From contig OZ024751.1 of the NCBI GenBank assembly GCA_964016885.1, forward strand, positions 20,584,001 to 20,647,956: a stretch of DNA of 63,956 nt. The letters run 5' to 3'. The position numbers and the translations under genes are program-made. How positions within the stretch are numbered: position 1 is the stretch's first letter; each line of letters begins with the position of its first letter. This document shows positions 16,458-28,593 of the stretch, in pieces. The notes under the pieces were generated by a model. It saw only the letters and a program-made list of their open reading frames with translations. It had not been told where the DNA came from and did not search any database. The stretch comes from Eledone cirrhosa. Lineage: Eukaryota.

Positions 16458-16461
<4 letters not shown>

Positions 16462-16649
16462 AGACACTAATTTAAGTTAACGTAGAAAGAAGCACAAATA
16501 GACATTGACACTTTCATTATATATATTTTCAACTTACACGCAACCTTGTATCGACAAAACGTTACAGTTTTTTTTTATCATTTTCCATTTTAGTTATATT
16601 TCATATTTTATTTAAATTTTATTTTATTTTTATATTATTAATTATTTAC

Positions 16650-17290
16650 TATCACGATGCTTTGCAGCATAGAGTTACAGCCGTTTCCGGTCTCAGTTCA
16701 AATCCCGCCGAGGTTAACTTTATCTTTCTTCCTTACGGGGTGGATAAAATAAAGTACCAGTCACGCACTGGGGTCGATTTAATCGACTTTCCCCTCCCTC
16801 AAAATCGCTGGCCTTGTGCCTATATAAAAAAAAAAAAAAAAAAAAAATTATTGTTATTGTGGAATGGCAGTATCGGTAGAGGATCGGACGCCATTCTTTG
16901 CAGCATAGAGTTATGCCTCTTTATGGTCTGAGTTCAAATTCCGCCGTGGTTGACGACTTTGCCTTTCATCCTTACGGGGTCGATAAAATAAAGTACCAGT
17001 AATGCACTGGGTAATTGCTGGCCTTGTGCCAAAAATAGAAACAATTTTGAATTATTACTATCACCATGCTTTGCAGCATAGAGTTACGTTTCTGGTATAT
17101 TAGTTCTGGTATATTAACAGAGAGATGTTAGGAAAAGTTGTGGATTGGTTGGATTTGAACTCGGAATGAACCAGAACAAATACAATGGAATTTCAATCTA
17201 CCACCCTTATATATCAACAGACAGTAGATTGACAATATCGGTAGATGGTCGGATGCTATGGTTTGCAGCATAGAGTTACAGCCCTTTATA
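16650..17290 (+). mobile_element. Cluster of SINE family A copies (16650-16825, 16860-17045; fragments ~17060-17090 and 17220-17290)
   Basis: Repeated GCTTTGCAGCATAGAGTTAC, GAGTTCAAATCCCGCCGAGG and core. Confidence 0.85.
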
Positions 17291-17501
17291 TAACTATATA
17301 TACACTGTGTATGTATGTGTGAGTATGTGTGTATGTATAGTAACTGAGTTTGTGTGTGTATGTATAGTGAGTGAGTGTGTGGGTGGGTTGGTGTGGGTTT
17401 GTATATGTGTGGGTGGGTGTATACCTTATGAAATGTCGAAGCGTTGGAAAGGATTGAAATTTGAAAGTTGAAAACCCCGAAAGTCCCAAATTTCACAACT
17501 G

Positions 17502-17577
17502 TAGGGTGTGACAGAAAAGTCGGCCATATTTTAACATTGAATTCTTAAAATATTGGAGGTATTTTTGTCACACCTTG
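17502..17577. mobile_element. Tiny MITE with Tc1/mariner-like TIRs
   Basis: AGGGTGTGACAGAAA ... TTTTTGTCACACCTT, with inner ATATTTTAA/TTAAAATAT. Confidence 0.5.
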
Positions 17578-17596
17578 AATCATATATATTGACTGT

Positions 17597-17786
17597 AGGT
17601 GGATTGGCAGTATCGGTAGAGGGTCGGACGCCATGCTTTGCAGCGTAGAGTTACCTCCCTTTACGGACCGAGTTCAAATCCCACCGAGGTTAACTTTGCC
17701 TTTCATCCTTACGGAGGTCAATAAAATAAAGTACCAGTAATGCACTGGGGGTAATTGCTGGCCTTGTACCAAAAGTAGAAACAATT
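17597..17786 (+). mobile_element. SINE family A
   Basis: Complete head, core and tail. Confidence 0.85.
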
Positions 17787-17797
17787 ATTACTATCAC

Positions 17798-18210
17798 GAT
17801 CATCATCATCATCATCATCAACATTGTCATGTTGGTGCTTCGTCTCTTCACCATCATCGCCATCATCATCATTAAAATCATCATCATCATCATCATCGTC
17901 ATTGTCACTATGATTCTTCGTCTCCTTCTCATCATCATCGCCATCACCGCCTTCATCGCCCTCATCTTCATCGTTATAATCATCATCATCATCATCATCA
18001 TCATTATTGTCATGGTGATTCTTTGTTTCCCTCTCCTCCTCATCATCATCATCACCATCACCGCCCTCATCTTCATCATTAAAATCCCCATCATCATCAT
18101 CACTGTCATTATGAATCTTCGTCTCCCTCTCATCATCACCATCACCATCATCGCCCTCATCTTCATCGTCATAATCATCACCATCATCATCATCATTGCT
18201 ATTATTATCA
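17798..18210. repeat. (CAT)n-based degenerate minisatellite with recurring CTTCGTCTC motif
   Basis: Read directly; source of the poly-D/M/I ORFs. Confidence 0.85.
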
Positions 18211-18779
18211 TTTTTATTGTTTCCCTTTCCTTCAGTATTGTTTCTGTGTGTTTTTCTGACACCTAGGGCAACAAAAGTCACTGTATACCTTGGTAAGCCA
18301 GTTAACGCACCACATTGATTACAACTATTCTTCTTCTTCTTATGATTATTATTATTACTATTATCATCATACATCTTATCATCATCATCATCGCCATCAT
18401 TTTCATCGTTATAACCATCATTATTATTATTATTATTAGCCCTTGTGGCCAATAAAGAAACCATTATTGTTGTTGTTGTTATTATTATTATTATTATCTT
18501 CATTATTATTATTACTGTAGGTTTTCTTCTGTTGAGTATTCTATATTACAGAAAGAAATCCATATATGTTGTCGAAGAGAAAAGGAAAAGAAAAAGAAAA
18601 GAAAAAGAAAAGAAAAAGAAAAGAAAAGGAAAAGAAAAAGAAAAGAAAAAGAAAAGAAAAGAAAAAGAAAAGAAAAAGAAAACATAACAGGCTAATAAGC
18701 AAGATTTATCACTATTCGGCGTGGTATGTTGTATAGTCATAGTATAATGTTGAAAGATGATAACAATACAAAGAAACAT

Positions 18780-19780
18780 TGCAGCAATAACAACAACAAC
18801 TACACTAATGACGACCACAATACAACAACAATAACAACAACCACAACAACAACAATAACAACAACAACAATAACAACAATGACAACCACCACAACAACAG
18901 CAATAACAATAGCAGCAACTACAACAACAACCATAACAACAACAACAGCAATTTCAACGACGACAACCACCATAACAGCAATAATATCGACAACGACAAA
19001 AACAACAACAACAACTACAACAACAACTAACTACCACAGCAACAACAATATCAACAACAACAACAACCACAACAGCAATAACAACAACAACCACAACAAC
19101 AACAGCAACTACACCAACGACCACAACAACAACAGCAGCAACACCAACCACCACCACCACCACCACAACAACAACACCAACGACAACCACCACCACAACA
19201 ACAACAACTATAACACCAACGACAACCACAACAACAACAGCAACACCAACCACCACCACCACCTCCACAACAACTATAACACCAACGACAACCACAACAA
19301 TAACAACAGCAACAACACCAACGACAACCACCACAACAACAACAACAACTATAACACCAACGACAACCACCACCACCACCACCACCACCACAACAACTAT
19401 AACACCAACGACAACCACCACCACAACAACAACAACTATAACACCAACGACCACAACAACCACCACAACAACAACAACAACAGCAACACCAACGACAACC
19501 ACAACAATAACAACAACAACAACACCAACGACCACAACAACCACCACAACAACAACAACAACAGCAACACCAACGACAACCACAACAATAACAACAGCAG
19601 CAACACCAACGACCACAACAACCACAACAACCACAACAACAATTATAAAAACAGCCACAACAACTGCTACAATAATTATAACTACAACAACCACAACAAC
19701 AACTACAGTTAGGGTAACAACAACAACAGTTACAACTTCTACAATACTACAACTACTACTACTACTACTACTATTATTAT
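18780..19780. repeat. (CAA/CAC)n compound repeat with AACACCAACGAC punctuation
   Basis: Read directly. Confidence 0.9.
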
Positions 19781-19789
19781 CATTTGCGC

Positions 19790-19960
19790 TATTTAGTTAT
19801 GACCCTTTATATTCTGAGTTCAAATCCCGCCGAGGTTAGCTTTGCCCTTCATTCTTACGGGGATCGATGAAATAAAGTACCAGTAATGTACTTGGGGTTG
19901 ATTTAATCGACTATCCCCGCTGCCAAATTTCTGGGCTTGTGCCTGTAATAGAAACCATTA
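19790..19960 (+). mobile_element. SINE family A
   Basis: B-box GAGTTCAAATCC, core and tail running into (ACT)n. Confidence 0.85.
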
Positions 19961-20053
19961 CTACTACTACCACTACTACTACTACTACTACTACTGCTAC
20001 AATGATAACCACAGATACAACTACTACTACTAATCCTATAACTACAATTTCCA

Positions 20054-20090
<37 letters not shown>

Positions 20091-20314
20091 AATGATAACC
20101 ACAGATACAACTACTACTACTAATCCTATAACTACAATTTCCACTACCACTACTACTACTACTACTGCTACTAGTACTACTACAATGATAACCACAGATA
20201 CAACTACTACTACTAATCCTATAACTACAATTTCCACTACCACTACTACTACTACTACTGCTACAATGATAACCACAGATACTACTACTACTACTAATCC
20301 TATAACTACAATTT

Positions 20315-20353
<39 letters not shown>

Positions 20354-20415
20354 GTACTACTACAATGATAACCACAGATACAACTACTACTACTAATCCT
20401 ATAACTACAATTTCC

Positions 20416-20446
<31 letters not shown>

Positions 20447-20509
20447 GTACTGCTACAATGATAACCACAGATACAACTACTACTACTAATCCTATAACTA
20501 CAATTTCCA

Positions 20510-20543
<34 letters not shown>

Positions 20544-20545
20544 AA
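19960..20545. repeat. Minisatellite, 6 copies of ACAATGATAACCACAGATACAACTACTACTACTAATCCTATAACTACAATTTCC plus variable (ACT)n
   Basis: Read directly. Confidence 0.9.
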
Positions 20546-20878
20546 AGATTATTACAACTACAACAATAACAACATAGAAAAACCTATCTACAACAACAAT
20601 AACAACATACTATTACAACAACTACTAAGATTACAATAATTTTCGAGGACAATAACAGATGCATACTTTATGGAACATGTTTTTGTTGTTGTCTGATTTT
20701 CTTTGGTTTTTACAGGAAAATTGCAATGCCATGGAAACCGACAAATTTATTCAGTGATGAATCTCTCAAATTCTGTGTCTCTTTGTCTCTTTCAGACATT
20801 GCTGTGTGCTTAAGGAACTGGCTTCGTAAAAGAACGTCGTTTCTGGCTCAATCCCGCAGCGCAGAACCGTTGGGAATG

Positions 20879-20909
<31 letters not shown>

Positions 20910-21091
20910 TTATATATATATATAAATTAAAGAGTTAAACAAGATTAAATGAGCATATCAAAGAATGAGTTTTACAGTAGATTGGAAGCACTCTACAACG
21001 AAAAAAAAAATTTTTTTTTTTTCCAGAGTTATTAATATTAAAATACAAATATTAATAAAATAGATGTTCTTTTGATCAATTAAATTTTATA

Positions 21092-21164
<73 letters not shown>

Positions 21165-21171
<7 letters not shown>

Positions 21172-21489
21172 TAAAGAGTTAAACAAGATTAAATGAGTAC
21201 ATCAAAGAATGAGTTTTACAGTAGATTGGAAGCACTCTACAGTTAAAAAAAAAATATTTTCCAGAGTTATTAATATTAAAATACAAATATTAATAAAATA
21301 GATGTTCTTTTGATCAATTAAATTTTATTATACATATTTCAGAGGTACAACAGTACGTCCTCATCAGACATCTCAGGGTATGTCATGTATCATTATATTT
21401 TGTCTGATGAGGACGTACTGTTGTACCTCTGAAATATGTATAATACAATTTAATTGATCAAAAGAACATCTATTTTATTAATATTTGTA

Positions 21490-21498
<9 letters not shown>
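21165..21498. mobile_element. Fold-back HHR element (arms 21273-21370 and 21401-21498); tail duplicated at 20924-21090
   Basis: Near-perfect inverted repeat between (TA)n tracts; HHR core on both arms. Confidence 0.85.
21398..21448 (+). ncRNA. Type I hammerhead ribozyme (mirror copy on minus strand 21323-21370)
   Basis: TTTTGT CTGATGA GGACGTAC-TGTT-GTACCTCT GAA ATATGTAT A ATACAA. Confidence 0.75.
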
Positions 21499-21536
<38 letters not shown>

Positions 21537-21594
21537 CCAACAGAATATATATATATATATTCCCAGCAGAATATATATATATATATTCCCAGCA

Positions 21595-21628
<34 letters not shown>

Positions 21629-21633
21629 TGGGG

Positions 21634-21695
<62 letters not shown>

Positions 21696-21700
<5 letters not shown>

Positions 21701-22137
21701 GATATTAAACAAATGGAAACTATATTTATATAACCATATTTATTTCTTTATAATTATTTCAGGGATACCATATTAAAAATATGGCATGCCTTCGTCAGAT
21801 AAAATACAATATATAACCAGTTTTATAAATAATTTTGACGTACCATAAATATAGCGACCATTAAGGTCGGAGCCAGCCTCCTACCTTAATGGTCGCTATA
21901 TTTATGGTACGTCAAAATTATTTATAAAACTGGTTATATATTGTATTTTATCTGACGAAGGCATGCCATATTTTTAATATGGTATCCCTGAAATAATTAT
22001 AATGAAATAAATATGGTTTTATAAATATAGTTTCCATTTGTTTAATATCGTATATCTACTCCAAAAACTTGTCGAGTGCTTTATATCAGTTATAAAATAT
22101 TTACTTGTTGTAACCCAACAATTTTAAATAAAACTTT

Positions 22138-22140
<3 letters not shown>
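21696..22140 (+). mobile_element. Fold-back HHR element (arms 21696-21872 and 21878-22054, tail to 22140)
   Basis: ~175-bp near-perfect arms with a 5-nt loop, flanked by (TA)n; relative at 27935-28148. Confidence 0.9.
21946..22007 (+). ncRNA. Type I hammerhead ribozyme with palindromic stem III (mirror copy on the left arm)
   Basis: TTTTAT CTGACGA AGGCATGCCATATT..AATATGGTATCCCT GAA ATAATTAT A ATGAAA. Confidence 0.8.
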
Positions 22141-22177
<37 letters not shown>

Positions 22178-22182
<5 letters not shown>

Positions 22183-22352
22183 AAATTTCGTCATAACGAA
22201 ATTCACGGGTATAAAAAAAAATGGTTGTAATGAAAAACTCTTTATAACGAGATCGACCTAACACATCGAGTGTGTGGTAAGGGATTGAACAAATTTACGT
22301 TATAATGAAAAATTAGTTATAATGGTATTCGTTATAACGGAATTTTAGCTGT
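22178..22352. mobile_element. pogo/Tigger-like MITE
   Basis: Ends AAATTTCGTCATAACGAA / TTCGTTATAACGGAATTTTAGCTG-TA, with internal GTTATAA repeats. Confidence 0.55.
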
Positions 22353-22509
22353 ATATGAATGGCTCGTTTTCCGCAGGGGATCGTAAAGAACCACAGTTAA
22401 ATAAGGTACGAATACGATAGAAGAGAAGAAATATATTTATTTTTATATATAAATAATTTCTACACGACTACTCGATTCATTCATATGAAATCTTCAGGAA
22501 TGACACAGG

Positions 22510-22569
<60 letters not shown>

Positions 22570-22573
<4 letters not shown>

Positions 22574-22758
22574 GGGAAAGAGTCAGGACCCCGACGGCTG
22601 AGCTCCGGCCGTTTTGACAGCTAGATCCGAACTGTTCGGATTGGATCGAGCTGTCGAAACGGCCGGAGCTCAGCTGTCGGGGTCCTGACTCTTTTCCTAT
22701 TACCCACTCTACTACCCTAAGTATCGAGTACTCTGGTTCGTTATGGTCCACCTGGTTC
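22570..22758 (+). mobile_element. Fold-back element of the U3:A8 HHR family (3' half of ribozyme only)
   Basis: Arms 22570-22628 and 22643-22701; tail TACCCACTCTACTACCCTAAGTATCGAGTAC is shared with the 23549 and 63648 copies. Confidence 0.8.
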
Positions 22759-22759
22759 T

Positions 22760-22865
22760 CCCGCCGAGGTTAACTATGCCTTTCATCCTTACGGGGTCGA
22801 TAAAATAAAGTACCAGTAATGTACTGGTTAATTGCTGGCCTTGTGCCAAAAGTAGAAACAATTAT
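22760..22865 (+). mobile_element. SINE family A, 5'-truncated
   Basis: Core and tail present. Confidence 0.8.
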
Positions 22866-23267
22866 ATTATATATATATAATATTATATTACATTATATAT
22901 TATGTAATATAATATAATATAATATAATATAATATAATATATAATATAATATTTTATTATATAATATAATTATATAATATTATATTATATAATATAATAG
23001 TATATAATATAATATTATATAATATTATATTGCGACTGGAAAAGTAATGCTTTACAACTGAACCAGAATTGAAGTAATGTCCTGAGGGGTCTGCCTCTTT
23101 AGACATAATCTATTGAACATGTAATAAGTAAGGTATCACGATAGCGTACGTTATATATACATATATATATACATATATATATACATAGAGAGAATAGAGA
23201 GTCATGTTACTCACAGAGTCATCAGACAAAAATATACATACATATATATAACATATATATATATATA

Positions 23268-23479
23268 TGCTCACCGACATCCAGAGTTGACATTGCACTC
23301 AGTGCTCCTTTGGGAGCCCCTACATGGACACACTAGAAGAGGAAGACCAAGGTTAACGTATGTTGATGCCCTAAGGACAGACACTGGTCTGTTGGAGACG
23401 CAGGACATGGCAGCGATAATGAGGGACAGAGACCGCTGGAGAGAACTCGTCCATGGATCTCGGGAATTTTACCCGCCTT

Positions 23480-23481
<2 letters not shown>
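23268..23481 (+). mobile_element. RTE-like LINE 3' end inserted in (TA)n
   Basis: AHRHPELTLHSVLLWEPLHGHTRRGRPRLTYVDALRTDTG..MRDRDRWRELV; the stop codon is directly followed by (TA)n. Confidence 0.8.
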
Positions 23482-23548
<67 letters not shown>

Positions 23549-23549
<1 letters not shown>

Positions 23550-24212
23550 AACGAAGGAAATGTGGTAAGGAACCAGGTGGACCATAACGCACCAAAGTAC
23601 TCAATACTTAGGGTAGTAGAGTGGGTAATAGGAACCAGTAAGACCCCGACGGCTGAGCTCAAGCCGTTTCGACGGCTATTTCTGGACTAAATGAAAATTT
23701 ATCCTGGTATTTAAATAGCCGAGCTTCTCAAGGGGTAATTCCATATATGGTCAAAGTGATTGTCAAAAGTCAGTAGTAATTCTGTGATTGCAAATTAGTA
23801 GGGGAGATGGTGGCTAAACCTGCCAGTAGGAGAAAGAGGGGAGGGGGTGGAGTAGACCCAATCATGCGTTGGTAGTGCCAGCTACAGCTGGGCATGAGGT
23901 CAAAGAAGATACTGGGGAGGGGGATGGGGAGGAAGTCGGAACGGTAGGTGGAACAATGAGGGGTAAAAATATATATGAAAGAAAAAATACTGAGAGTGAT
24001 GAAAAGCGAATAAGTGTAAAGAAAGGTTTAGCCACCATCTCCCCTACTAATTTGCAATCACAGAATTACTACTGACTTTTGACAATCACTTTGACCATAT
24101 ATGGAATTACCCCTTGAGAAGCTCGGCTATTTAAATACCAGGATAAATTTTCATTTAGTCCAGAATTAGCCGTCGAAACGGCTTGAGCTCAGCCGTCGGG
24201 GTCTTACTGGTT

Positions 24213-24217
<5 letters not shown>
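23549..24217 (-). mobile_element. Fold-back HHR element (arms 23628-23821 and 24024-24217, tail 23549-23627)
   Basis: 194-bp near-perfect inverted repeat with a ~200-bp spacer, between (TA)n tracts. Confidence 0.9.
24109..24202 (+). ncRNA. Type I hammerhead ribozyme with U3:A8 covariant core (mirror copy minus 23643-23736)
   Basis: ACCCC TTGAGAA GCTCGGCTA...TAGCCGTC GAAA CGGCT-TGAGCTC-AGCCG TC GGGGT. Confidence 0.7.
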
Positions 24218-24259
<42 letters not shown>

Positions 24260-24594
24260 ATAATAAATATGAAGACTAAAATTCGAAGGATGAAATTAAC
24301 GATTCTTTGCTTAAACTTTAATCTGTTCTTATAACAAATATATATATTCATATATATATAAATGTATTTACTTATATTTACTGTAGTTACTAATGATTAC
24401 CTATTGGCAAATATTGATCAGTCTGAAGGCAACTGGAAATGTTAGTGTTTTATGTCTATTTTCTGATATACGGAAGTATGTACTGGCCTCGTGACTTCTT
24501 TCAAGGAAGCTGTTCAGTGTTAGTTTCCGGGCTATAAGTGATGGCTCGTGTTTCGGCCAAAGCCCAAAGCCGTCACGATTTGGCTACAATTATT

Positions 24595-25108
24595 ATCTTT
24601 CTTGTCCTCGTCCTTCTTCTCGTCGTCGTCACCACCTTTGTTGCTGCCCTTCTTCTCCTCGTTCTCCTACTACCTCTCGTTCTTCTTCTTCCCCTAGTTC
24701 TCCCACTACTACTACTTCCCCCTCGTTCTTCTTCTTCCTCCTCGTTCTTACACTGCCACCTCTTCCTCTCGTTCTTCTTCCCATCGTTTTTCTACTACTT
24801 CTTCCTCTCGTTCTTCTTCTACTACTTCTCGTTCTTCTTCTTCCCCTCGTTCTCCCACTATTACTACTTCCCCCTCGTTCTTCTTCTTCCCATCGTTCTT
24901 CTACTACTTCTTCCTCTCGTTCTTCTCCTTACCATCATTCTTCTACGTCCTCTTTTTCCCCTCGTTTTTCTTTTCGTTCTTCCCCTCTTCTTCTTCCCAT
25001 CGTTTTTCTTCTTCTACTACTTCTTCCCCTCGTTCTTCTTCCCCCTCGTTATTCCACTACTTCCTCTTCTCCTCGTTCTTTCACTACTTCCTCTCCTCGT
25101 TCTTCTAG
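24595..25108. repeat. Degenerate (CTT/CTC)n low-complexity repeat with CCTCGTTCTT motif
   Basis: Read directly. Confidence 0.85.
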
Positions 25109-25276
25109 CTCCAACCGCCAAATGATCAATCAGGCCATTGGTAATATAATATGTTCAACACATAAGCTAAATCCATCGATCTGTGAACCATTGTTTCTGA
25201 TCGATTAATTTTCTGTTATTGAGAGGTAAGCGGGTGCACATTATTTATTTATTTATTTATTTTCAGTGAGTTTAGG

Positions 25277-26577
25277 ATGGATAATTCAACCAAATCTAAA
25301 TAAATTAATTTCAGATCCATTATATCAAACCATGGGTAATCCCACCCTGTTTAATTAGATTCCTTCCAGATCCATCATAGTTACCCGTGGATAATCCTGA
25401 TTCAACATAGCTACCCATGGATAATTCAACCAAATCTAAATACATCCAACATAGTTATCCATGGGTAATCCCACCCTGTCTAATTAGATCCCTTCCAGAT
25501 CCATCATAGTTACCCGTGGATAATCCTGATCCAACATAGCTACCCATGGATAATTCAACCAAATCTAAATACATCCAACATAGTTATCCATGGGTAATCC
25601 CACCCTGTCTAATTAGATCCCTTCCAGATCCATCATAGTTACCCGTGGATAATCCTGATCCAACATAGCTACCCATGGATAATTCAACCAAATCTAAATA
25701 CATCCAACATAGTTATCCATGGGTAATCCCACCCTGTCTAATTAGATCCCTTCCAGATCCATCATAGTTACCCGTGGATAATCCTGATTCAACATAGCTA
25801 CCCATGGATAATTCAACCAAATCTAAATACATCCAACATAGTTATCCATGGGTAATCCCACCCTGTCTAATTAGATTCCTTCCAGATCCATCATAGTTAC
25901 CCGTGGATAATCCTGATTCAACATAGCTACCCATGGATAATTCAACCAAATCTAAATACATCCAACATAGTTATCCATGGGTAATCCCACCCTGTCTAAT
26001 TAGATCCCTTCCAGATCCATCATAGTTACCCGTGGATAATCCTGATCCAACATAGCTACCCATGGATAATTCAACCAAATCTAAATACATCCAACATAGT
26101 TATCCATGGGTAATCCCACCCTGTCTAATTAGATCCCTTCCAGATCCATCATAGTTACCCGTGGATAATCCTGATCCAACATAGCTACCCATGGATAATT
26201 CAACCAAATCTAAATACATCCAACATAGTTATCCATGGGTAATCCCACCCTGTCTAATTAGATCCCTTCCAGATCCATCATAGTTACCCGTGGATAATCC
26301 TGATCCAACATAGCTACCCATGGATAATTCAACCAAATCTAAATACATCCAACATAGTTATCCATGGGTAATCCCACCCTGTCTAATTAGATTCCTTCCA
26401 GATCCATCATAGTTACCCGTGGATAATCCTGATTCAACATAGCTACCCATGGATAATTCAACCAAATCTAAATACATCCAACATAGTTATCCATGGGTAA
26501 TCCCACCCTGTCTAATTAGATCCCTTCCAGATCCATCATAGTTACCCGTGGATAATCCTGATTCAACATAGCTACCC
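25277..26577. repeat. 120-bp tandem repeat, ~10 near-identical copies with three internal sub-repeats
   Basis: Lines 120 nt apart are near-identical; sub-repeat ATCCAWCATAGYTAYCCRTGGRTAAT. Confidence 0.97.
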
Positions 26578-26685
26578 TGTAATTTGTATCCCCTGTAATT
26601 GTTTGATGTGTTTATTTTATATACACAAACAAAATGGCGTAGGATAGAAGAAAGGAAAGGCACAGAAACGAAGAAAGAAATCCCC

Positions 26686-26730
26686 AGTCACTGAAGAGGT
26701 CACAGAGTGTGTGACGAAAGAACTATGACT
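26686..26730 (+). ncRNA. Minimal type I hammerhead ribozyme
   Basis: AGTCA CTGAAGA G GTCACA-GAGTG-TGTGAC GAAA G-AA-C TA TGACT; perfect stems I and II. Confidence 0.85.
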
Positions 26731-26799
26731 ATATATATATAAACAACTATCTGGTTGTGGAACCAACCAACCAACCAGAAATTTATAAATTTGTAAATT

Positions 26800-26835
<36 letters not shown>

Positions 26836-27427
26836 TATAATTGAAGTGAAAGCAACTGGTGCGTGTGTTTCTTATTGGCAACATGACCCTCCCAAAGTAT
26901 AACAATATCGGTTTCAACACACGATTTCAGATAAAGAATCTTGCTAAACAAATTCAGAAACGAAATATATATATATATATATATGTCAATCGATTTTTAA
27001 TTTAATGCTAATAAATGCTCGGATTTATCCCTTAGAATCTTTGAGCTTATTCTACAGGTGGTATGGCACATGATTCTGATATTCTCAGACAGGACATCGT
27101 TAATTTAATTTTGGTTATATATAAGTCAAGGAAACACGAAACGAACAAACAATATATATATATATAAAGAGAGAGAGAGAGGAGGAGGGGCAGAAAGAGA
27201 CGGGGGAGAAAGTACAAAACCTAAGGAAATAATACTTCTTTCCGGAAAAAAGACTTCTTTCCGGAAAAAAGACTACATAAAAATATTTTCTTATATGAAG
27301 TAATTTAGAGAATACTGGGGAGAATCTTTGCAAAAAGAGAACGATGAAAAACAAACTAAAATATATCATTTATTTTGTATGTTGTAAATTTGTGTTTAAA
27401 GAAACAATAGGTGCATCTTCAAATTTT

Positions 27428-27459
<32 letters not shown>

Positions 27460-27461
<2 letters not shown>

Positions 27462-27879
27462 AAGGCGGGTAAAATTCCCGAGATCCATGGACGAGTTCTC
27501 TCCAGCGGTCTCTGTCCCTCATTATCGCTGCCATATCCTGCATCTCCAACAGACCAGTGTCTGTCCTTAGGGCATCAACATATGTTAACCTTGGTCTTCC
27601 TCTTCTAGTGTGTCCATGTAGAGACCTGAAAGTCCGCCTCTTCATTGCTGTAGTGGAGTCTGTGCTGCTGTATGGGTCTGGGACTTGGACACTGACCAAG
27701 AGACTCACTCAGATGGTGGATGGGTGCTACACGAGAATGCTGAGGATGGCTCTGAACATTAATCAGTATACACTGATGATGAAAAACTCAGAGCTGTATG
27801 GGAGCATCCCAAAAGTCAGCTCAAAAGTGACACAGAGGAGACTGAGGTTGGCTGGACATGCTCACCGACATCCAGAGTT

Positions 27880-27883
<4 letters not shown>
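27460..27883. mobile_element. RTE-like LINE insertion with 5' inversion (3' end on minus 27460-27621; upstream part on plus 27621-27883)
   Basis: Plus: LFIAVVESVLLYGSGTWTLTK..DGCYTRMLRMALN..RRLRLAGHAHRHPELT. Minus: HGHTRRGRPRLTYVD..., near-identical to 23320-23481. Confidence 0.85.
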
Positions 27884-27932
<49 letters not shown>

Positions 27933-28039
27933 AAAGGTTATATTTAATTTGTTGGGATACATCCAGGAGATTCCAGCCAGAATGGTTGCATTTTTTCAGG
28001 GTATGTCAATATTTATTTATAAAACTAACCTATATTTTA

Positions 28040-28101
28040 TTTTATCTGATGAAAGCGCACCTTAGTTTGCCTTGGTGGCCCTTGAAATATGTATAATGAA
28101 A
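28040..28101 (+). ncRNA. Type I hammerhead ribozyme (family of 21946)
   Basis: TTTTAT CTGATGA AAGCGCACC...GGTGGCCCTT GAA ATATGTAT A ATGAAA; downstream sequence matches 22001-22050. Confidence 0.7.
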
Positions 28102-28143
28102 TAAATATGGTTTTATAAATATAGTTTCCATTCGTTAATATAT

Positions 28144-28209
<66 letters not shown>

Positions 28210-28212
<3 letters not shown>

Positions 28213-28282
28213 CATTCTGACGACCGAAGTCAGGCCTCTGTGTCAGGCTCGTCTGTCTTCGTGAAACCTTTGGTAAATGAAA
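28210..28282 (+). ncRNA. Type I hammerhead ribozyme in a ~165-bp element between (TA)n tracts
   Basis: TTTCATT CTGACGA CCGAAG...CTTCGT GAAA CC-TTT-GG TA AATGAAA; 7-bp perfect stem I. Confidence 0.75.
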
Positions 28283-28435
28283 TAATTATCTTATGTTGTT
28301 TATTACATAACTAAAAAGCTCTGTAGCCTACATAGAGCACTCTTTCCCTTTACCTTTCCTACGGAAACACTTCATATATATACATATATATATAAGATAT
28401 ATATAGACAGACAGATAGACATAGACAGACAGGTG

Positions 28436-28467
<32 letters not shown>

Positions 28468-28468
28468 T

Positions 28469-28526
<58 letters not shown>

Positions 28527-28593
28527 GTATTTTTTATTTGCGATAGATAGACAGACAGACAGACAGATAGATAGACAAATAGATAGATAGATA

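Noticed and set aside
18726-20577. Mucin-like Thr/Asn-rich ORFs
   Set aside because: Trinucleotide-derived repeats, one continuous with a SINE tail; no signal peptide or splice support.
20700-20800. Host exon after TTTTTACAG
   Set aside because: No recognisable homology or convincing donor; the candidate at 4320-4435 is similarly unsupported.
25277-26577. CRISPR-like array of palindromic repeats with spacers
   Set aside because: The linkers are identical in every 120-bp unit, there are no cas genes and the context is eukaryotic.
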